From: an uncultured Spirochaetia bacterium
Lineage (GTDB): Bacteria; Spirochaetota; Spirochaetia; JABEVK01
DNA: 64,000 bases
Direction: 5' to 3'
NCBI GenBank assembly: GCA_937960645.1
Contig: CALGPJ010000009.1
Location: 4,522 to 68,521, forward strand
The notes beneath the pieces are model-generated. The model had not been told where the DNA came from. It searched no databases and was given only the letters and a program-made list of their open reading frames with translations. Each line of letters opens with the position of its first letter. The stretch's first letter is position 1. The translations under genes were made by a program, and so were the position numbers. This document shows, in pieces, positions 1 through 10,513 of the stretch.

Positions 1-2
1 AC

Positions 3-737
3 TACGCGGTGGGTTTTTGTGAGGACATCCTGTTGATCCAGGGGAAAAAAGATGGAAAAACCTTTTGCCATGTCCCCCTGGGAATACCCACCTGGAGGCA
101 GATCGATCATATTCTCCAGCATGTGGATTTCTTGAAAAACCTCTCGGAGGAGCAGGCAGCCCTGCTCGAGCCCCAGGCCCCGGCCCACGGACTTCGGGTG
201 GTTCCGGACCGTGATAACTGGGACTACCTCTACGACACCGTCGAGATGGCGGAACTCGCAGGCAAGCGCTTTCATAAAAAAAGAAATCTGGTCCACCAAT
301 TCTACCATCTGTACACCGACCTGGAGATGTTTCCCCTGGATGAATCCAACCTCCCGCAGGCCTTCACGATATTGAAGACCTGGGTAGATCTTCATCCCGA
401 CAACAACGACTACGAAGCCGCCGCCGAAGCCCTGCAGCGACATCGGGAACTGGGGCTCTCCGGGGCCGTTTTTTTTGTCGATTCGAAGCCCGTTGGCTAC
501 ACCCTGGGTGAACCCTCTTCCCAGGCGGGCGATTACATCATCCATTTTGAAAAGGCCGATCCCTCCTACAAGGGAGTCTATCAGGCAATCTTTCAACGTT
601 TCGCTCGAAGCCTTGTTTCGGCCTACTCCCGTATCAACCGCGAGCAGGACCTTGGCGACCAGGGACTTCGTCAGGCCAAGGAAACGTATCGCCCCACCGC
701 TTTTATCAAAAAGTACCGTTTGGAACGTGCGGAATAA
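3..737 (+). CDS. DUF2156 / phosphatidylglycerol lysyltransferase-like GNAT-domain protein (5'-partial)
   Basis: Frame is open from the window edge; motifs DRDNWDYLY, LAGKRFHKKRN, IHFEKA, INREQDLGDQGLRQAKETYRP are typical of DUF2156 proteins. Confidence 0.8.
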   Translation, partial: YAVGFCEDILLIQGKKDGKTFCHVPLGIPTWRQIDHILQHVDFLKNLSEEQAALLEPQAPAHGLRVVPDRDNWDYLYDTVEMAELAGKRFHKKRNLVHQFYHLYTDLEMFPLDESNLPQAFTILKTWVDLHPDNNDYEAAAEALQRHRELGLSGAVFFVDSKPVGYTLGEPSSQAGDYIIHFEKADPSYKGVYQAIFQRFARSLVSAYSRINREQDLGDQGLRQAKETYRPTAFIKKYRLERAE

Positions 738-948
738 AAAAGGCAAAAAATTCCTACGCTTTCGTAGTTTTTTAAGGCCAAAGTTACTGAGTCGTAGTGC
801 AGACTCTCGATCCAGGGAGGGTGCTTTCTGTCCCGTAGTGGCGGAGTTGCTCAGGTACCTAAAAAAAAGAGCGCGATCATCGACCAAAAAGGGGGTTGAC
901 GCAGATTCGGTGTCAATCCGGGGATATTTCGCTTAAATATCGATATTT

Positions 949-964
949 TGGCACGAATTGTGCT
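949..964 (+). promoter_or_regulatory. sigma54 (RpoN) -24/-12 promoter of glutamine synthetase
   Basis: TGGCACGAATTGTGCT: GG(950-951)-N10-GC(962-963), one mismatch to TGGCACGNNNNTTGCW; SD AGGAGG 976-981 follows. Confidence 0.8.
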
Positions 965-986
965 ATACCATTTCAGGAGGTTTTCA

Positions 987-3101
987 ATGATAAAAGCCAC
1001 AGATTCCAATCTGGATCAACACTTCGGGTCGTTGTGCTTCAGCGATGCCCTGATGAAGGAGAGGCTTCCCAAAGAAATCTATCGGGAACTCAAAAAGGTT
1101 CAGATGGGGGAGAAAAAACTCTCTCAGGAGGTCGCAAACGTCGTCGCCAATGCCATGAAGGATTGGGCCATCGAACATGGTGCCACCCATTTTACCCATT
1201 GGTTCCAACCCTTGACCGGCATTACGGCGGAGAAGCACGACAGTTTCATCAGCCCCACCGGAGACGGACGGATCATCATGGAGTTTTCCGGTAAGGAGCT
1301 CATTCGGGGAGAACCCGACGCGTCCAGCTTTCCTTCGGGCGGTCTGCGCGCGACCTTCGAGGCACGGGGTTACACCGCCTGGGATACCCTGAGCCCGGCC
1401 TTTCTCAAGCGGGACGGTAAGGCCCTGACACTCTGCATCCCCACAGCCTTCGTCGGTTACAAGGGGGAAGCTCTCGACAAAAAGACCCCGCTCCTGCGGA
1501 GCATGGAGGCCCTCAACACCCAGGCAATTCGCATCCTTCGAGCCCTGGGCAACCACTCCTCCCGTTTGGTGAACACCACTGTCGGACCCGAGCAGGAATA
1601 TTTCCTGGTGGCCAGGGAGTTCTTCGAACAGAGGCCGGACCTCGTCCTCACCGGTCGTACCCTAATCGGGGCCAAACCCCCCAAGGGCCAGGAAATGGAG
1701 GACCACTACTTTGGCAGTCTTTCCGAGCGGGTGGCAAGCTTCATGAAAGACTTCAACAACGAGCTCTGGGCGATGGGAGTGAATGCAAAAACTCAGCACA
1801 AGGAAGTCGCGCCGAACCAGTTCGAAATCGCGTGTATCTACTCCGTCAGCAATGTTGCCCTGGACCACAACCAACTGGTGATGGAAACCATGCGCAAGGT
1901 TGCCCTGAGGCACGATTTGGTCGCACTTCTGCACGAAAAGCCCTTTGCCGGCGTCAACGGATCGGGAAAACACAACAACTGGTCCATGGGCACCGATGAC
2001 GGCCTGAACTTGCTGGAACCCGGCAAGACCCCCGCGGAGAACAGCCAGTTCCTGCTGTTCTGTACGGCGGTCATCGAAGCGGTCGACGAGTACGCCGACA
2101 TCCTGCGCATGAGTGCCGCCAACAGCGGAAACGACCACCGACTCGGCGCCAACGAGGCTCCTCCCGCCATCGTCTCCATCTTCCTGGGAGCCGTCGAGGA
2201 CATACTGGAAAAGCTCTCCAAGGGCGAGAAAGTCACTTCCAAGGAAGGTGAGGTTCTGAAACTCGGCCACAACTCTTTGCCCGAACTGCCCAAAGACCTG
2301 ACCGATCGCAACCGCACCTCGCCCTTCGCCTTTACCGGGAACAAGTTCGAGTTCCGCATGATGCCCTCAAGCGACTCGATTGCTGGTCCCAACGTGGTCC
2401 TCAACACCGCCGTCGCCGAGGTCCTCAGCCGCTACACCGAACGCCTCGAAAAAGCGGTCGACAAAAATGCCGAAATCCTCAAGATCGTTCAGGAGAGCTA
2501 CTCTAAACACAAAAAGGTGGTGTTCAACGGCAACAACTATAGTAAAGAGTGGGAAGAGGAAGCCGCTCGCCGGGGTCTGCCCAACATCAAGAATACGGTG
2601 GACGCCATTCCCGTCATTCTCTCCGAAAAAAGCGTCAAGCTCTTTACCCGACATCAAGTATTCTCCAAGGACGAGCTGGAAAGCCGCTACAACATCTACC
2701 TGGAAAAGTACGCCAAGCAGATCAACATCGAGGCCAACACCCTCCGATCGATGATCCTCACGGGTGTCCTGCCGAACGCGGTCGAGTACGCCGGTGCTCT
2801 GGCCGGTCAACTGAGTTCCGTAAAAGAGCTTCTGGGGGATGGGGCCATCGCCACCCAAAAGGCGACACTCACCCAGGTGCTCAAACTGAGCGATGCGCTG
2901 AAAAGCGGCATCGAAAAACTCGATAAGGCCCTGGAACTGGCGCACCATAAGGAGGATGTGCTCGATCACGCCAGGGCATTCCGCGATGCCGTCATCCCGG
3001 TGATGTCCGAAATTCGCCAGGCGGCGGACGAGCTGGAAACCATCCTCCCCGCCGAATACTATCCCTTCCCCACCTACACCGACCTGTTGTTCCGCCACTG
3101 A
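987..3101 (+). CDS. glnN: Glutamine synthetase type III
   Basis: About 700 aa; HFTHWFQPLTGITAEKHDSF, EPDASSFPSGG, KPFAGVNGSGKHNNWS, DRNRTSPFAFTGNKFEFR; ATG 987 follows AGGAGG. Confidence 0.95.
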   Translation: MIKATDSNLDQHFGSLCFSDALMKERLPKEIYRELKKVQMGEKKLSQEVANVVANAMKDWAIEHGATHFTHWFQPLTGITAEKHDSFISPTGDGRIIMEFSGKELIRGEPDASSFPSGGLRATFEARGYTAWDTLSPAFLKRDGKALTLCIPTAFVGYKGEALDKKTPLLRSMEALNTQAIRILRALGNHSSRLVNTTVGPEQEYFLVAREFFEQRPDLVLTGRTLIGAKPPKGQEMEDHYFGSLSERVASFMKDFNNELWAMGVNAKTQHKEVAPNQFEIACIYSVSNVALDHNQLVMETMRKVALRHDLVALLHEKPFAGVNGSGKHNNWSMGTDDGLNLLEPGKTPAENSQFLLFCTAVIEAVDEYADILRMSAANSGNDHRLGANEAPPAIVSIFLGAVEDILEKLSKGEKVTSKEGEVLKLGHNSLPELPKDLTDRNRTSPFAFTGNKFEFRMMPSSDSIAGPNVVLNTAVAEVLSRYTERLEKAVDKNAEILKIVQESYSKHKKVVFNGNNYSKEWEEEAARRGLPNIKNTVDAIPVILSEKSVKLFTRHQVFSKDELESRYNIYLEKYAKQINIEANTLRSMILTGVLPNAVEYAGALAGQLSSVKELLGDGAIATQKATLTQVLKLSDALKSGIEKLDKALELAHHKEDVLDHARAFRDAVIPVMSEIRQAADELETILPAEYYPFPTYTDLLFRH

Positions 3102-3122
3102 TCCGAAGGGATGCGGATTCCG

Positions 3123-3146
3123 AGCCACCCTTCGGGGTGGCTTTTT
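3123..3146 (+). terminator. Rho-independent terminator
   Basis: AGCCACCC-TTCG-GGGTGGCT then TTTT, between convergent glnN and miaB. Confidence 0.85.
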
Positions 3147-3154
3147 CGTGTGAA

Positions 3155-4513
3155 CTACCCGGCCATTTTCCCCAACACGGCTTTGGTTTCTTCCCCGACC
3201 AGCTCCCCTTCCAAACTGAGATCTGCGGCCTTGACGATACGCACTTTGGCAAAGCTGCCTACCAGATCTTTGGGGCCCAGGAATCGGATAGGAATCCTCC
3301 CTTCCGTCCTGGCCGTCAAATATTCACCTTTTCGATCGATTCCATCGACGAGCACCGTCGTTACCCGTCCAATTTGTTCGCGGTTGTAATCCCCGCTGGT
3401 CTTTCGCAGCACCTCGGTGAGTTCGGCAAGCCGGGATTTTTTTTCGGCCTGGGGAACATCGTCGGGCCAACGCGAGCTGGCAGCGCCCGGGCGGGGGCTG
3501 TAGAGCGCGATGTAGGCCATGTTGTATCGAAATTCCTCCATGGCACGTTTGGTGTTTTCGAACTGCTCGCGGGTCTCGCCGGTAAAACCCACGATGATGT
3601 CCGTGAACAGGGTGGACGTGGGGAGGATGCTGCGGATCTGTCCCACGAGCTGGCGGTAACGCTCCATGCCATGGTTACGGTTCATGCGAATCAACACCTT
3701 GTCGTCGCCGGATTGAAGCGGCAGGTGAATCTGTTTCGCGAGGACGGAATACTCGGCGATGGTTTGAAGGACCTCCAGGGACATATCCCGGGGATGCGGC
3801 GAGGTGAAGTAGACCCAAAAAGGGGGCCTGCCCCGCCCCAGCTCGGCCACCGAGCGCAAAAGCCGGGCAAAGCTCATCTCCTTGCCCTGGCGGTCCAACC
3901 CGTAGCTGTTGACGTTTTGGCCCAACAGGGTGATGCTTTTCATCCCACGGTTCAAAAGCCCCTCCACCTCCTGAAGGATGTCATCGCTGGGACGGGAGAT
4001 TTCTCTTCCCCGGGTGTAGGGGACGGCACAAAAGGTACAAAACTTATCACAGCCGTTTTGAATGGGGACATAGGCCTCGAAGCCCGAGGAGTAGGAGGGC
4101 CGCACCTTCCAGAACCCCCCCAGGGGATCGGCCAGATGCTGAAAAGAATCGGCGTAGAGGCTGGCCGGGGTCACCACTCCGTATTGCCGGATCATATCGG
4201 GCAATTTTCCGATTTCGTGAATTCGGAAAAGCAAATCGAAGCGCTTGAGGAACTTGGGTTCATCTGCCGGGAGGATACAGCCCGAAACGAACGTGACCAG
4301 GTTGGAACGATCCTTGCGCGCGTTCCATTCTTCGATTTTGGTGTACACCCGATCGATCGATTTCTGGCGAACCGAGCAGCTCACGATCCCCAGGATATTG
4401 GCCTCGGCCTCGTCCTCGGTACGCTCGAATCCCATACCCTCCAGGACGGCGATGATCCTCTCGGCATCGCTTTGGTTCATCTGACAACCCAGATGAATGA
4501 TGTGAAACTTCAA
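3155..4513 (-). CDS. miaB: tRNA-2-methylthio-N6-dimethylallyladenosine synthase (radical SAM methylthiotransferase)
   Basis: LGCQMNQSD, CSVR, SGC, GCDKFCTFCAVPYTRG (CxxxCxxC), C-terminal TRAM-like domain; TTG start 4513 after GGAGG, overlapping the upstream stop. Confidence 0.9.
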   Translation of the reverse strand: MKFHIIHLGCQMNQSDAERIIAVLEGMGFERTEDEAEANILGIVSCSVRQKSIDRVYTKIEEWNARKDRSNLVTFVSGCILPADEPKFLKRFDLLFRIHEIGKLPDMIRQYGVVTPASLYADSFQHLADPLGGFWKVRPSYSSGFEAYVPIQNGCDKFCTFCAVPYTRGREISRPSDDILQEVEGLLNRGMKSITLLGQNVNSYGLDRQGKEMSFARLLRSVAELGRGRPPFWVYFTSPHPRDMSLEVLQTIAEYSVLAKQIHLPLQSGDDKVLIRMNRNHGMERYRQLVGQIRSILPTSTLFTDIIVGFTGETREQFENTKRAMEEFRYNMAYIALYSPRPGAASSRWPDDVPQAEKKSRLAELTEVLRKTSGDYNREQIGRVTTVLVDGIDRKGEYLTARTEGRIPIRFLGPKDLVGSFAKVRIVKAADLSLEGELVGEETKAVLGKMAG

Positions 4514-5145
4514 AAATAGACCTCCGTATGGATTCTTTCGGGATGAACACCGGCCCCTGTCAGGAGGTCCCATCCCTCCTGAATCATGACCGAGTTGCCG
4601 CACAGCCACCACTGGGCATCGGGAATGTCGCACACAGCGCGTGCCATCCAATCGGTGACACGCCCCTGAATGTCCCCACCCGACTCCCGCGAAACGCAGC
4701 GAACGTACCGGCAAGGGTGCCAATCGTGAAACCAGTGTGTCTCGTTCAGGAATCTGACCCCGTGCGCCAGGGCAGCCCCCTGCACCAAACCGCTGCGAAC
4801 GAAGCTCCGAAACGGTGCCACCCCCGTCCCCGTAGCCACCAAAACCTTCATACCCGGATCACTATTCGGGGTAAAAAAGCCGCAGGGACCGGAAACTTCC
4901 ACCTCCTGGCCGGGTCTCAAACGCGCCAACCTTGGGCTGAAGGCCCCTCCCTTCACGACCCGGATCAGGACATCGAGCCAGGGATCATCTGTACCGCTGG
5001 CGATGCTGTATTCACGGGCCAGGGCCGAACCGGGTAGGGACAACAGCAGGTGCTGCCCCGCCTGAAAGATCAACCCCTCGCGGCTGAGCCTCAACAAGAC
5101 GACACCCGGGGAAAGCTCACACACCTCTAAAACCCGATGGATCAC
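4510..5145 (-). CDS. FAD-binding ferredoxin-NADP reductase-like oxidoreductase
   Basis: REYSIAS, GAFS, VATGTGVAPFRS, LCGN, terminal HTEVYF; GTG 5145 start inferred from TTGACC-16-TAGAAT. Confidence 0.85.
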   Translation of the reverse strand: MIHRVLEVCELSPGVVLLRLSREGLIFQAGQHLLLSLPGSALAREYSIASGTDDPWLDVLIRVVKGGAFSPRLARLRPGQEVEVSGPCGFFTPNSDPGMKVLVATGTGVAPFRSFVRSGLVQGAALAHGVRFLNETHWFHDWHPCRYVRCVSRESGGDIQGRVTDWMARAVCDIPDAQWWLCGNSVMIQEGWDLLTGAGVHPERIHTEVYF

Positions 5146-5246
5146 ACGAATGATTCTAAATATCCTGTCGATTTGGTCAACCATCGAAGGGTATCCCATC
5201 AGAAATACCTCTTGACAGAATACATCGACCCGATTACGTTGTGGCC

Positions 5247-6305
5247 ATGATAAAAAGTGATTATCCTCATACGATATGCTTGGTCGGCAGTCCCGATTGG
5301 CAGGAAAAAGCCCGTTTGGTTCTGTCCCCGTATTGCGAAGTTTTTGGGTTTGAACATCCCGCAGGAACGCCTCCGGAAGTCTATCTAATCGAAGACATTC
5401 ACCCGCGCACCCAGGTCGATCAAGTGATCCAGCGGCTGGGAGCGGCGGCCATCAAAACTTGCTCCCGCAAAGATCTCGATGTCATCATTCAGGCCAAGAA
5501 AAATCCGATCTACTATTTCAACCTTGCGCACCGTGCCCTGGGACTGACCATTCCCGCTTCGAGGCCCGATAATCGGCCCCCACCCGAAGCCCTGGATCGA
5601 ATCATCGGTTCCTCCCCGGCGATCATGTCCTTAAAAAACAAATTGCTCCGCTACGCCCGAAGCGACAAACCCATCCTGATTTTGGGCGAGACCGGCGTGG
5701 GGAAGGACCTGGCTGCCCAAATCATCCATGAGCTGAGCCCTTTTTGCCAGGGACCCTTTGTCGCTGTGAACTGTGCCGCCATCCCGACCGGCCTGGCGGA
5801 ATCCGAACTCATGGGTAGTGTTCGGGGCGCTTTCACGAACGCGGTGGATAAAGTCGGGCTCATCAAGCAGGCCGACGGCGGCACCTTGTTTCTCGACGAG
5901 ATCGGCGACCTGGATCCCTCCGTTCAGACGAAGCTTTTGCGCATCCTCGAGACCGGCGAGTACCGACGCCTGGGGGATGCCCGCATCGATCACGCACGAT
6001 TTCGACTGATCTCGGCTACCAACAAGGACCCGGAGGCTTTGATCGCTTCAGGAAAATTTCGAGAGGATTTTTACTTTCGCATTCAGACCCTGACCCTGAG
6101 GGTCCCGCCGTTGCGGGAGCGGGGCGACGATGTGGGGGTTATGATCCGAAAACTGTATCCCCATCATCACTTCACCTCGACTGCCTGGACCTGGCTGCTC
6201 AACAATCCCTGGAAAGGCAACGTCCGAGAACTCAAGGCCGTGATCGACCGGGCCGCCATCGAGGCAGATGGGTCTCCCATTGACTGGCAACACCTGGCGG
6301 ATTAA
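5247..6305 (+). CDS. sigma54-interacting AAA+ activator (bEBP) lacking a C-terminal HTH
   Basis: GETGVGKD (Walker A), ESELMG..GAFTNA, GGTLFLDEIGD (Walker B), FREDFYFR, WKGNVREL; ends about 20 aa later. Confidence 0.9.
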   Translation: MIKSDYPHTICLVGSPDWQEKARLVLSPYCEVFGFEHPAGTPPEVYLIEDIHPRTQVDQVIQRLGAAAIKTCSRKDLDVIIQAKKNPIYYFNLAHRALGLTIPASRPDNRPPPEALDRIIGSSPAIMSLKNKLLRYARSDKPILILGETGVGKDLAAQIIHELSPFCQGPFVAVNCAAIPTGLAESELMGSVRGAFTNAVDKVGLIKQADGGTLFLDEIGDLDPSVQTKLLRILETGEYRRLGDARIDHARFRLISATNKDPEALIASGKFREDFYFRIQTLTLRVPPLRERGDDVGVMIRKLYPHHHFTSTAWTWLLNNPWKGNVRELKAVIDRAAIEADGSPIDWQHLAD

Positions 6306-7279
6306 AGCCGCAATCGCCCATCCTGGAGCTGCCCCAAAAACCACCGATAGGTTTTTTCGACCCCCTCCTGGAGGGAGGTCTTGGCCTTCCATCCTAATTT
6401 CTCGATCCGGCTGACATCCATCACCTTTCGGGGGGTGCCATCCGGTTTGGAGGTGTTGAAGCTGAAATCGCAACTCCAACCGGGGACGGGCTCAACGTTT
6501 TGCACGACGTGGTAAACAAGTTCTGCAAGCTCGCGAATCGTCAAATCGACCCCCGACCCCACGTTGATGAACTCCCCCACGGAGTCCGCGGTCTGGGTTT
6601 CCATGAGGAAAACACAGGCCTCGGCAAGGTCGTCGGCGAAGAGAAATTCCCGAAGGGGCTTGCCCGTACCCCAGATCTCCACGGCAGGCGCCCCGTTGAC
6701 CTTGGCCTGGTGAAACTTGCGAATCAGGGCGGGCAAAACGTGGCTGTTTTGAAGGTCGAAATTGTCCCCGTAGCCATAGAGGTTGGTGGGCATGGCGCTC
6801 ATGAAGTCACAGCCGTACTGGTTGTGGTAGTACTTGCACAGCTTGATGGCCGCGATCTTGGCGATGGCGTAGGCCTCGTTGGTGCTCTCCAGGGGGCCGC
6901 TCAACAGGTACTCCTCTTTCAGCGGTTGGGGCGCGAGCTTGGGATAGATGCACGAGCTGCCGAGGTTGAGGAGTTTTTTCACCCCATGCCGCCACGCGGC
7001 GTGAATCACGTTGGTGGCGATCATGAGGTTGTCGTAGATGAACTGGGCAGGGTAGGTGTTGTTAGCGTGGATGCCCCCCACCCTGGCCGCAGCCAGAAAC
7101 ACATACTCGGGCCTCTCTGCCTGGAAGAAGTCTTCGACGGCCTGCTGGTTGGTCAGGTCCAATTCCTGATGCGTTCGAAGCAACAGGTTTTTGTAACCGC
7201 GCTTTTCGAGCTCCCGGACCAGGGCGCTGCCCACCAACCCGCGGTGCCCGGCGACCCAGACCCGCGAACTGGGAGTCAT
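6302..7279 (-). CDS. fcl: GDP-L-fucose synthase
   Basis: [53 protein letters not shown]. Confidence 0.95.
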   Translation of the reverse strand: MTPSSRVWVAGHRGLVGSALVRELEKRGYKNLLLRTHQELDLTNQQAVEDFFQAERPEYVFLAAARVGGIHANNTYPAQFIYDNLMIATNVIHAAWRHGVKKLLNLGSSCIYPKLAPQPLKEEYLLSGPLESTNEAYAIAKIAAIKLCKYYHNQYGCDFMSAMPTNLYGYGDNFDLQNSHVLPALIRKFHQAKVNGAPAVEIWGTGKPLREFLFADDLAEACVFLMETQTADSVGEFINVGSGVDLTIRELAELVYHVVQNVEPVPGWSCDFSFNTSKPDGTPRKVMDVSRIEKLGWKAKTSLQEGVEKTYRWFLGQLQDGRLRL

Positions 7280-8433
7280 TTACCGACCTTGGACCGAAGT
7301 TCTTCCACCTTTTGGGTCTGTTCCCAGGGGAAGTGCTCGCGGCCAAAATGTCCGTAGACGGCGGTTTCAGCGTAGATGGGGCGTAAAAGATCGAGCCCGG
7401 TGATAATGCCCCGCGGTGTCAGGTCAAATACCTCGCGGACGGCCCTTTCGAGCTTTTCCTCCTCCACGCTTCCCGTGCCAAAGGTGGTCACGTAGAGCGA
7501 AACAGGCTCGGCCACCCCGATGGCGTAGGCGAGCTGGACCTCGCACTCCTCGGCATAGCCCGCGGCGACGATGGTCTTGGCCACCCAACGAGCCGCGTAC
7601 GCGGCGCTGCGGTCCACCTTGGAGGGATCCTTTCCGGAAAAAGCTCCACCGCCGTGCCGCCCCATCCCGCCGTAGGTGTCCACGATGATTTTCCGTCCCG
7701 TCAGGCCTGCATCGCCCTGGGGACCACCGATCACGAAGCGGCCCGTGGGGTTGATCAGGTAGCGAGTCTTGTCGGACAGCAGGTGGGAGGGCAAGGCGGG
7801 TTTGATCACTTCGGCGATCAGGCGCTTTTCGATCTCGGCATGAGGAACATCGTCCGTCTGGTGGCTGAGGACCACGGTATGGATGTGGTAGGGCTTGCCC
7901 CCGCGGTATTCCACCGTAACCTGGCCCTTGGCATCGGGGCGAAGGAAGGGAATGAGTTTGGCGTGGCGAACCTCACTGGCCCGCCGCATGATCTGGTGAG
8001 CAAACTGAATCGGCGCCGGCATGAGCTCCGGGGTGTCTTTCCGGGCATAGCCGAACATCATTCCTTGATCGCCAGCGCCTTGCGCATGATTGGCGCTTTC
8101 GTTCACCCCCATGGCGATGTCGGGACTCTGGTCGTTCACCGTGGACAGGATGGCGGCGCTGTCGTAATCGATGCCGTACTCGGGATTGTCGTACCCGATC
8201 TTTTTCAAGACTTCCATGGCGACCTTTCGGAAATCGATGTACCCGCTGGTGGTGATTTCACCGCCGATGAGCACCAGGCCAGTGGTGGTATAGACCTCAC
8301 AGGCAACCCGGCTTTTGGGATCGATGCTCAGTGCCGCGTCGAGTACCCCATCGCTGATCTGATCGCAAAGCTTGTCGGGGTGGCCTTCTCCCACACTCTC
8401 CGACGTGAACACGAAATCTTTTCGAAAACTCAT
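7276..8433 (-). CDS. metK: S-adenosylmethionine synthetase
   Basis: [35 protein letters not shown]. Confidence 0.97.
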   Translation of the reverse strand: MSFRKDFVFTSESVGEGHPDKLCDQISDGVLDAALSIDPKSRVACEVYTTTGLVLIGGEITTSGYIDFRKVAMEVLKKIGYDNPEYGIDYDSAAILSTVNDQSPDIAMGVNESANHAQGAGDQGMMFGYARKDTPELMPAPIQFAHQIMRRASEVRHAKLIPFLRPDAKGQVTVEYRGGKPYHIHTVVLSHQTDDVPHAEIEKRLIAEVIKPALPSHLLSDKTRYLINPTGRFVIGGPQGDAGLTGRKIIVDTYGGMGRHGGGAFSGKDPSKVDRSAAYAARWVAKTIVAAGYAEECEVQLAYAIGVAEPVSLYVTTFGTGSVEEEKLERAVREVFDLTPRGIITGLDLLRPIYAETAVYGHFGREHFPWEQTQKVEELRSKVGK

Positions 8434-9386
8434 CTCTCCTCCTTTTCAAGCCATCTTGCGTAAAGCACCAATCCCTCTTCCAAATCCACCCTGGGCGCGT
8501 AGCCCAGGACCGAACGCGACTTGGAAATATCCGCGCAGGTCCGGGGGACATCCCCCGGTTGCAACTCGCGGTAATCGCGAATCGCCCCTCTGCCAAGAAC
8601 CTTTTCCAAAGCCGTGATCATTGCCGAAAGACTGACCATGCGGCTTTCTCCAAGGTTAAAAACATCATAATGACCCTCCGCCGCGTTGACAACCCATTCC
8701 GCAGCCTTACTCACCCCATCGACAATGTCCGAAATGTAGGTGTAATCCCTTTCGGTGCTGCCATCGCCATAGACGGGAATGGGCTGTCCGGCAAGGATAC
8801 GTCGAGAAAAGGAAGCGATGGCCAGATCCGGACGCTGACGGGGACCATAGACGGTGAAGAATCGTAAAATCGCCGACTTGATCCCATAAAGCCGCGCATA
8901 GGTGCCGGCAATCAGCTCGCAGGCAATTTTGGAGGCGGCATAGGGAGATTGCGGACTGGTCACCGGCTCGTCCTCCCGGAAGGGGACATGGTTGCGACTG
9001 CCGTAGACCGAGCTGGAGCTGGCCAGGACCACCGACTTCACCCCAAACCTTTGGCAGCATTCATAGACATGGGTGGAGGCTTCCACGTTGTGCCTCATGT
9101 ACAGGGCCGGCTCCTGGATGCTGGGACGGACCCCCGCCCGGGCAGCGATGTGGAGTACGAGGTCGGGGCGAAACTCCTGAAAAGTTCTTTCCAGGGCCCG
9201 AAGATCGAGGAGGTCCACCTCAACCACCCTGTCTGCCAGCCCCGTCTCCCTAACGTTGCGGTTTTTGACCTCTCGCGGGTAAAATGCATCGTAATTGTCC
9301 AGACCGAGCACTGTATGTTGCGCACCAAAATATTGAAGCAGGTGGGAACCAATGAAACCGGCGGCCCCGGTGATCAGGACTTTCAA
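8430..9386 (-). CDS. NAD-dependent nucleotide-sugar epimerase (UDP-glucuronate 4-epimerase-like)
   Basis: [46 protein letters not shown] 9386 overlaps the upstream stop. Confidence 0.88.
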   Translation of the reverse strand: MKVLITGAAGFIGSHLLQYFGAQHTVLGLDNYDAFYPREVKNRNVRETGLADRVVEVDLLDLRALERTFQEFRPDLVLHIAARAGVRPSIQEPALYMRHNVEASTHVYECCQRFGVKSVVLASSSSVYGSRNHVPFREDEPVTSPQSPYAASKIACELIAGTYARLYGIKSAILRFFTVYGPRQRPDLAIASFSRRILAGQPIPVYGDGSTERDYTYISDIVDGVSKAAEWVVNAAEGHYDVFNLGESRMVSLSAMITALEKVLGRGAIRDYRELQPGDVPRTCADISKSRSVLGYAPRVDLEEGLVLYARWLEKEER

Positions 9387-10474
9387 GAGTGGCCTCCGAC
9401 CCCACAATAGAGATTATGGTATTCTTGGGCAATCCTCCTGGGATGGAAAAGATCGAGGGCCTTTTGGCGGGTCGCCTCCAGATCCCAGCTCGGATTTAGG
9501 GCCGATTCCACTGCAAGCTCGAAGTCTTGCAGATCGTCGATGGCAAACACCGAGCCGTTTTTTTGCGGCTCCAGGTATTCGCGGACCGCAGGCAGGTCGG
9601 AACTGACCACGGGTAGGCCCAGCATCATCGCCTCGATGGGGACCAGGCCCAGCCCCTCCCAGCGCGAGGGAAAGACCACCACGTCGGCGGCGGCGTACAC
9701 GCAGGAAGGGGCACCGAATCCCGGCCAACGAACGTGGTCCTGCACCCCCAGCTCCTGGGCCATGTCCTGGAGTTGCCTTCGAAGCGGTCCATCCCCCGCA
9801 AGCACCAGGTGGGCTGTGGGGTGCCGCTTCAACAACCTTGAAAGAAGGCGCAGGGTGAGGTCCTGGCCCTTGACGGGAAGGAAGCGGCCCACCTGAACAA
9901 TCACGGGCCCTGAATCGATGCCCAGTTCTTTTCGGGCCTCTTCCCGGGTTTTGCCGCAAACCAGGCGGGTGGGATCGACGGGGTTGTAAACCACCTGGTG
10001 TGGGCTTCGAAGAAAGCCATCCCCGTAAAACGAATCGAGCACGGCCCGAGACACCCCGGTGCGGAGGCGGACCTTCTGATCCGTGGCCCGGTAGCCCCAG
10101 AGCGTCAGCGGGTGATAGTTGCGCCGCACAGAATGGAAGGTGCTGATCTGAGGAAGCTGGGCGGGTTTGGCCCAGCTGCTCACCAAATCAGCCCGACCCA
10201 GGTGACTGTGCAGGACATCGAAATGCCGGGACCGGAGAAAGCGGCCCAGACGGGCCACGGCCAGGGGCACGTTCCACGACGGCAGGTCCAAATAGTGCAG
10301 GTCAATCCCCAAACCCCGAGCGCGAGTCACGGCCGATTTGTCCTTCGGGGGTGGCTGAAGGCTCAGGATGTCGATCTTCCACCCCAGGCTCTGGAGGTAG
10401 GGGGCCAAATCCAGCAGGATATTGGGCACCGCGCCCGGGTCCATGACGGTCAAGGTGTAAAGGATTCGCGGCAT
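9383..10474 (-). CDS. Glycosyltransferase family 4 (GT-B)
   Basis: VGRFLPVKG, PSRWEGLGLVPIEAMMLGLPVV (Ex7E motif). Confidence 0.9.
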   Translation of the reverse strand: MPRILYTLTVMDPGAVPNILLDLAPYLQSLGWKIDILSLQPPPKDKSAVTRARGLGIDLHYLDLPSWNVPLAVARLGRFLRSRHFDVLHSHLGRADLVSSWAKPAQLPQISTFHSVRRNYHPLTLWGYRATDQKVRLRTGVSRAVLDSFYGDGFLRSPHQVVYNPVDPTRLVCGKTREEARKELGIDSGPVIVQVGRFLPVKGQDLTLRLLSRLLKRHPTAHLVLAGDGPLRRQLQDMAQELGVQDHVRWPGFGAPSCVYAAADVVVFPSRWEGLGLVPIEAMMLGLPVVSSDLPAVREYLEPQKNGSVFAIDDLQDFELAVESALNPSWDLEATRQKALDLFHPRRIAQEYHNLYCGVGGHS

Positions 10475-10513
10475 TGGTGTATATTATAGTGAAAACCTGG
10501 AGGAGGTTCCTGC

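Noticed and set aside
3137..4519. 460-aa plus-strand ORF
   Set aside because: Antisense shadow of miaB
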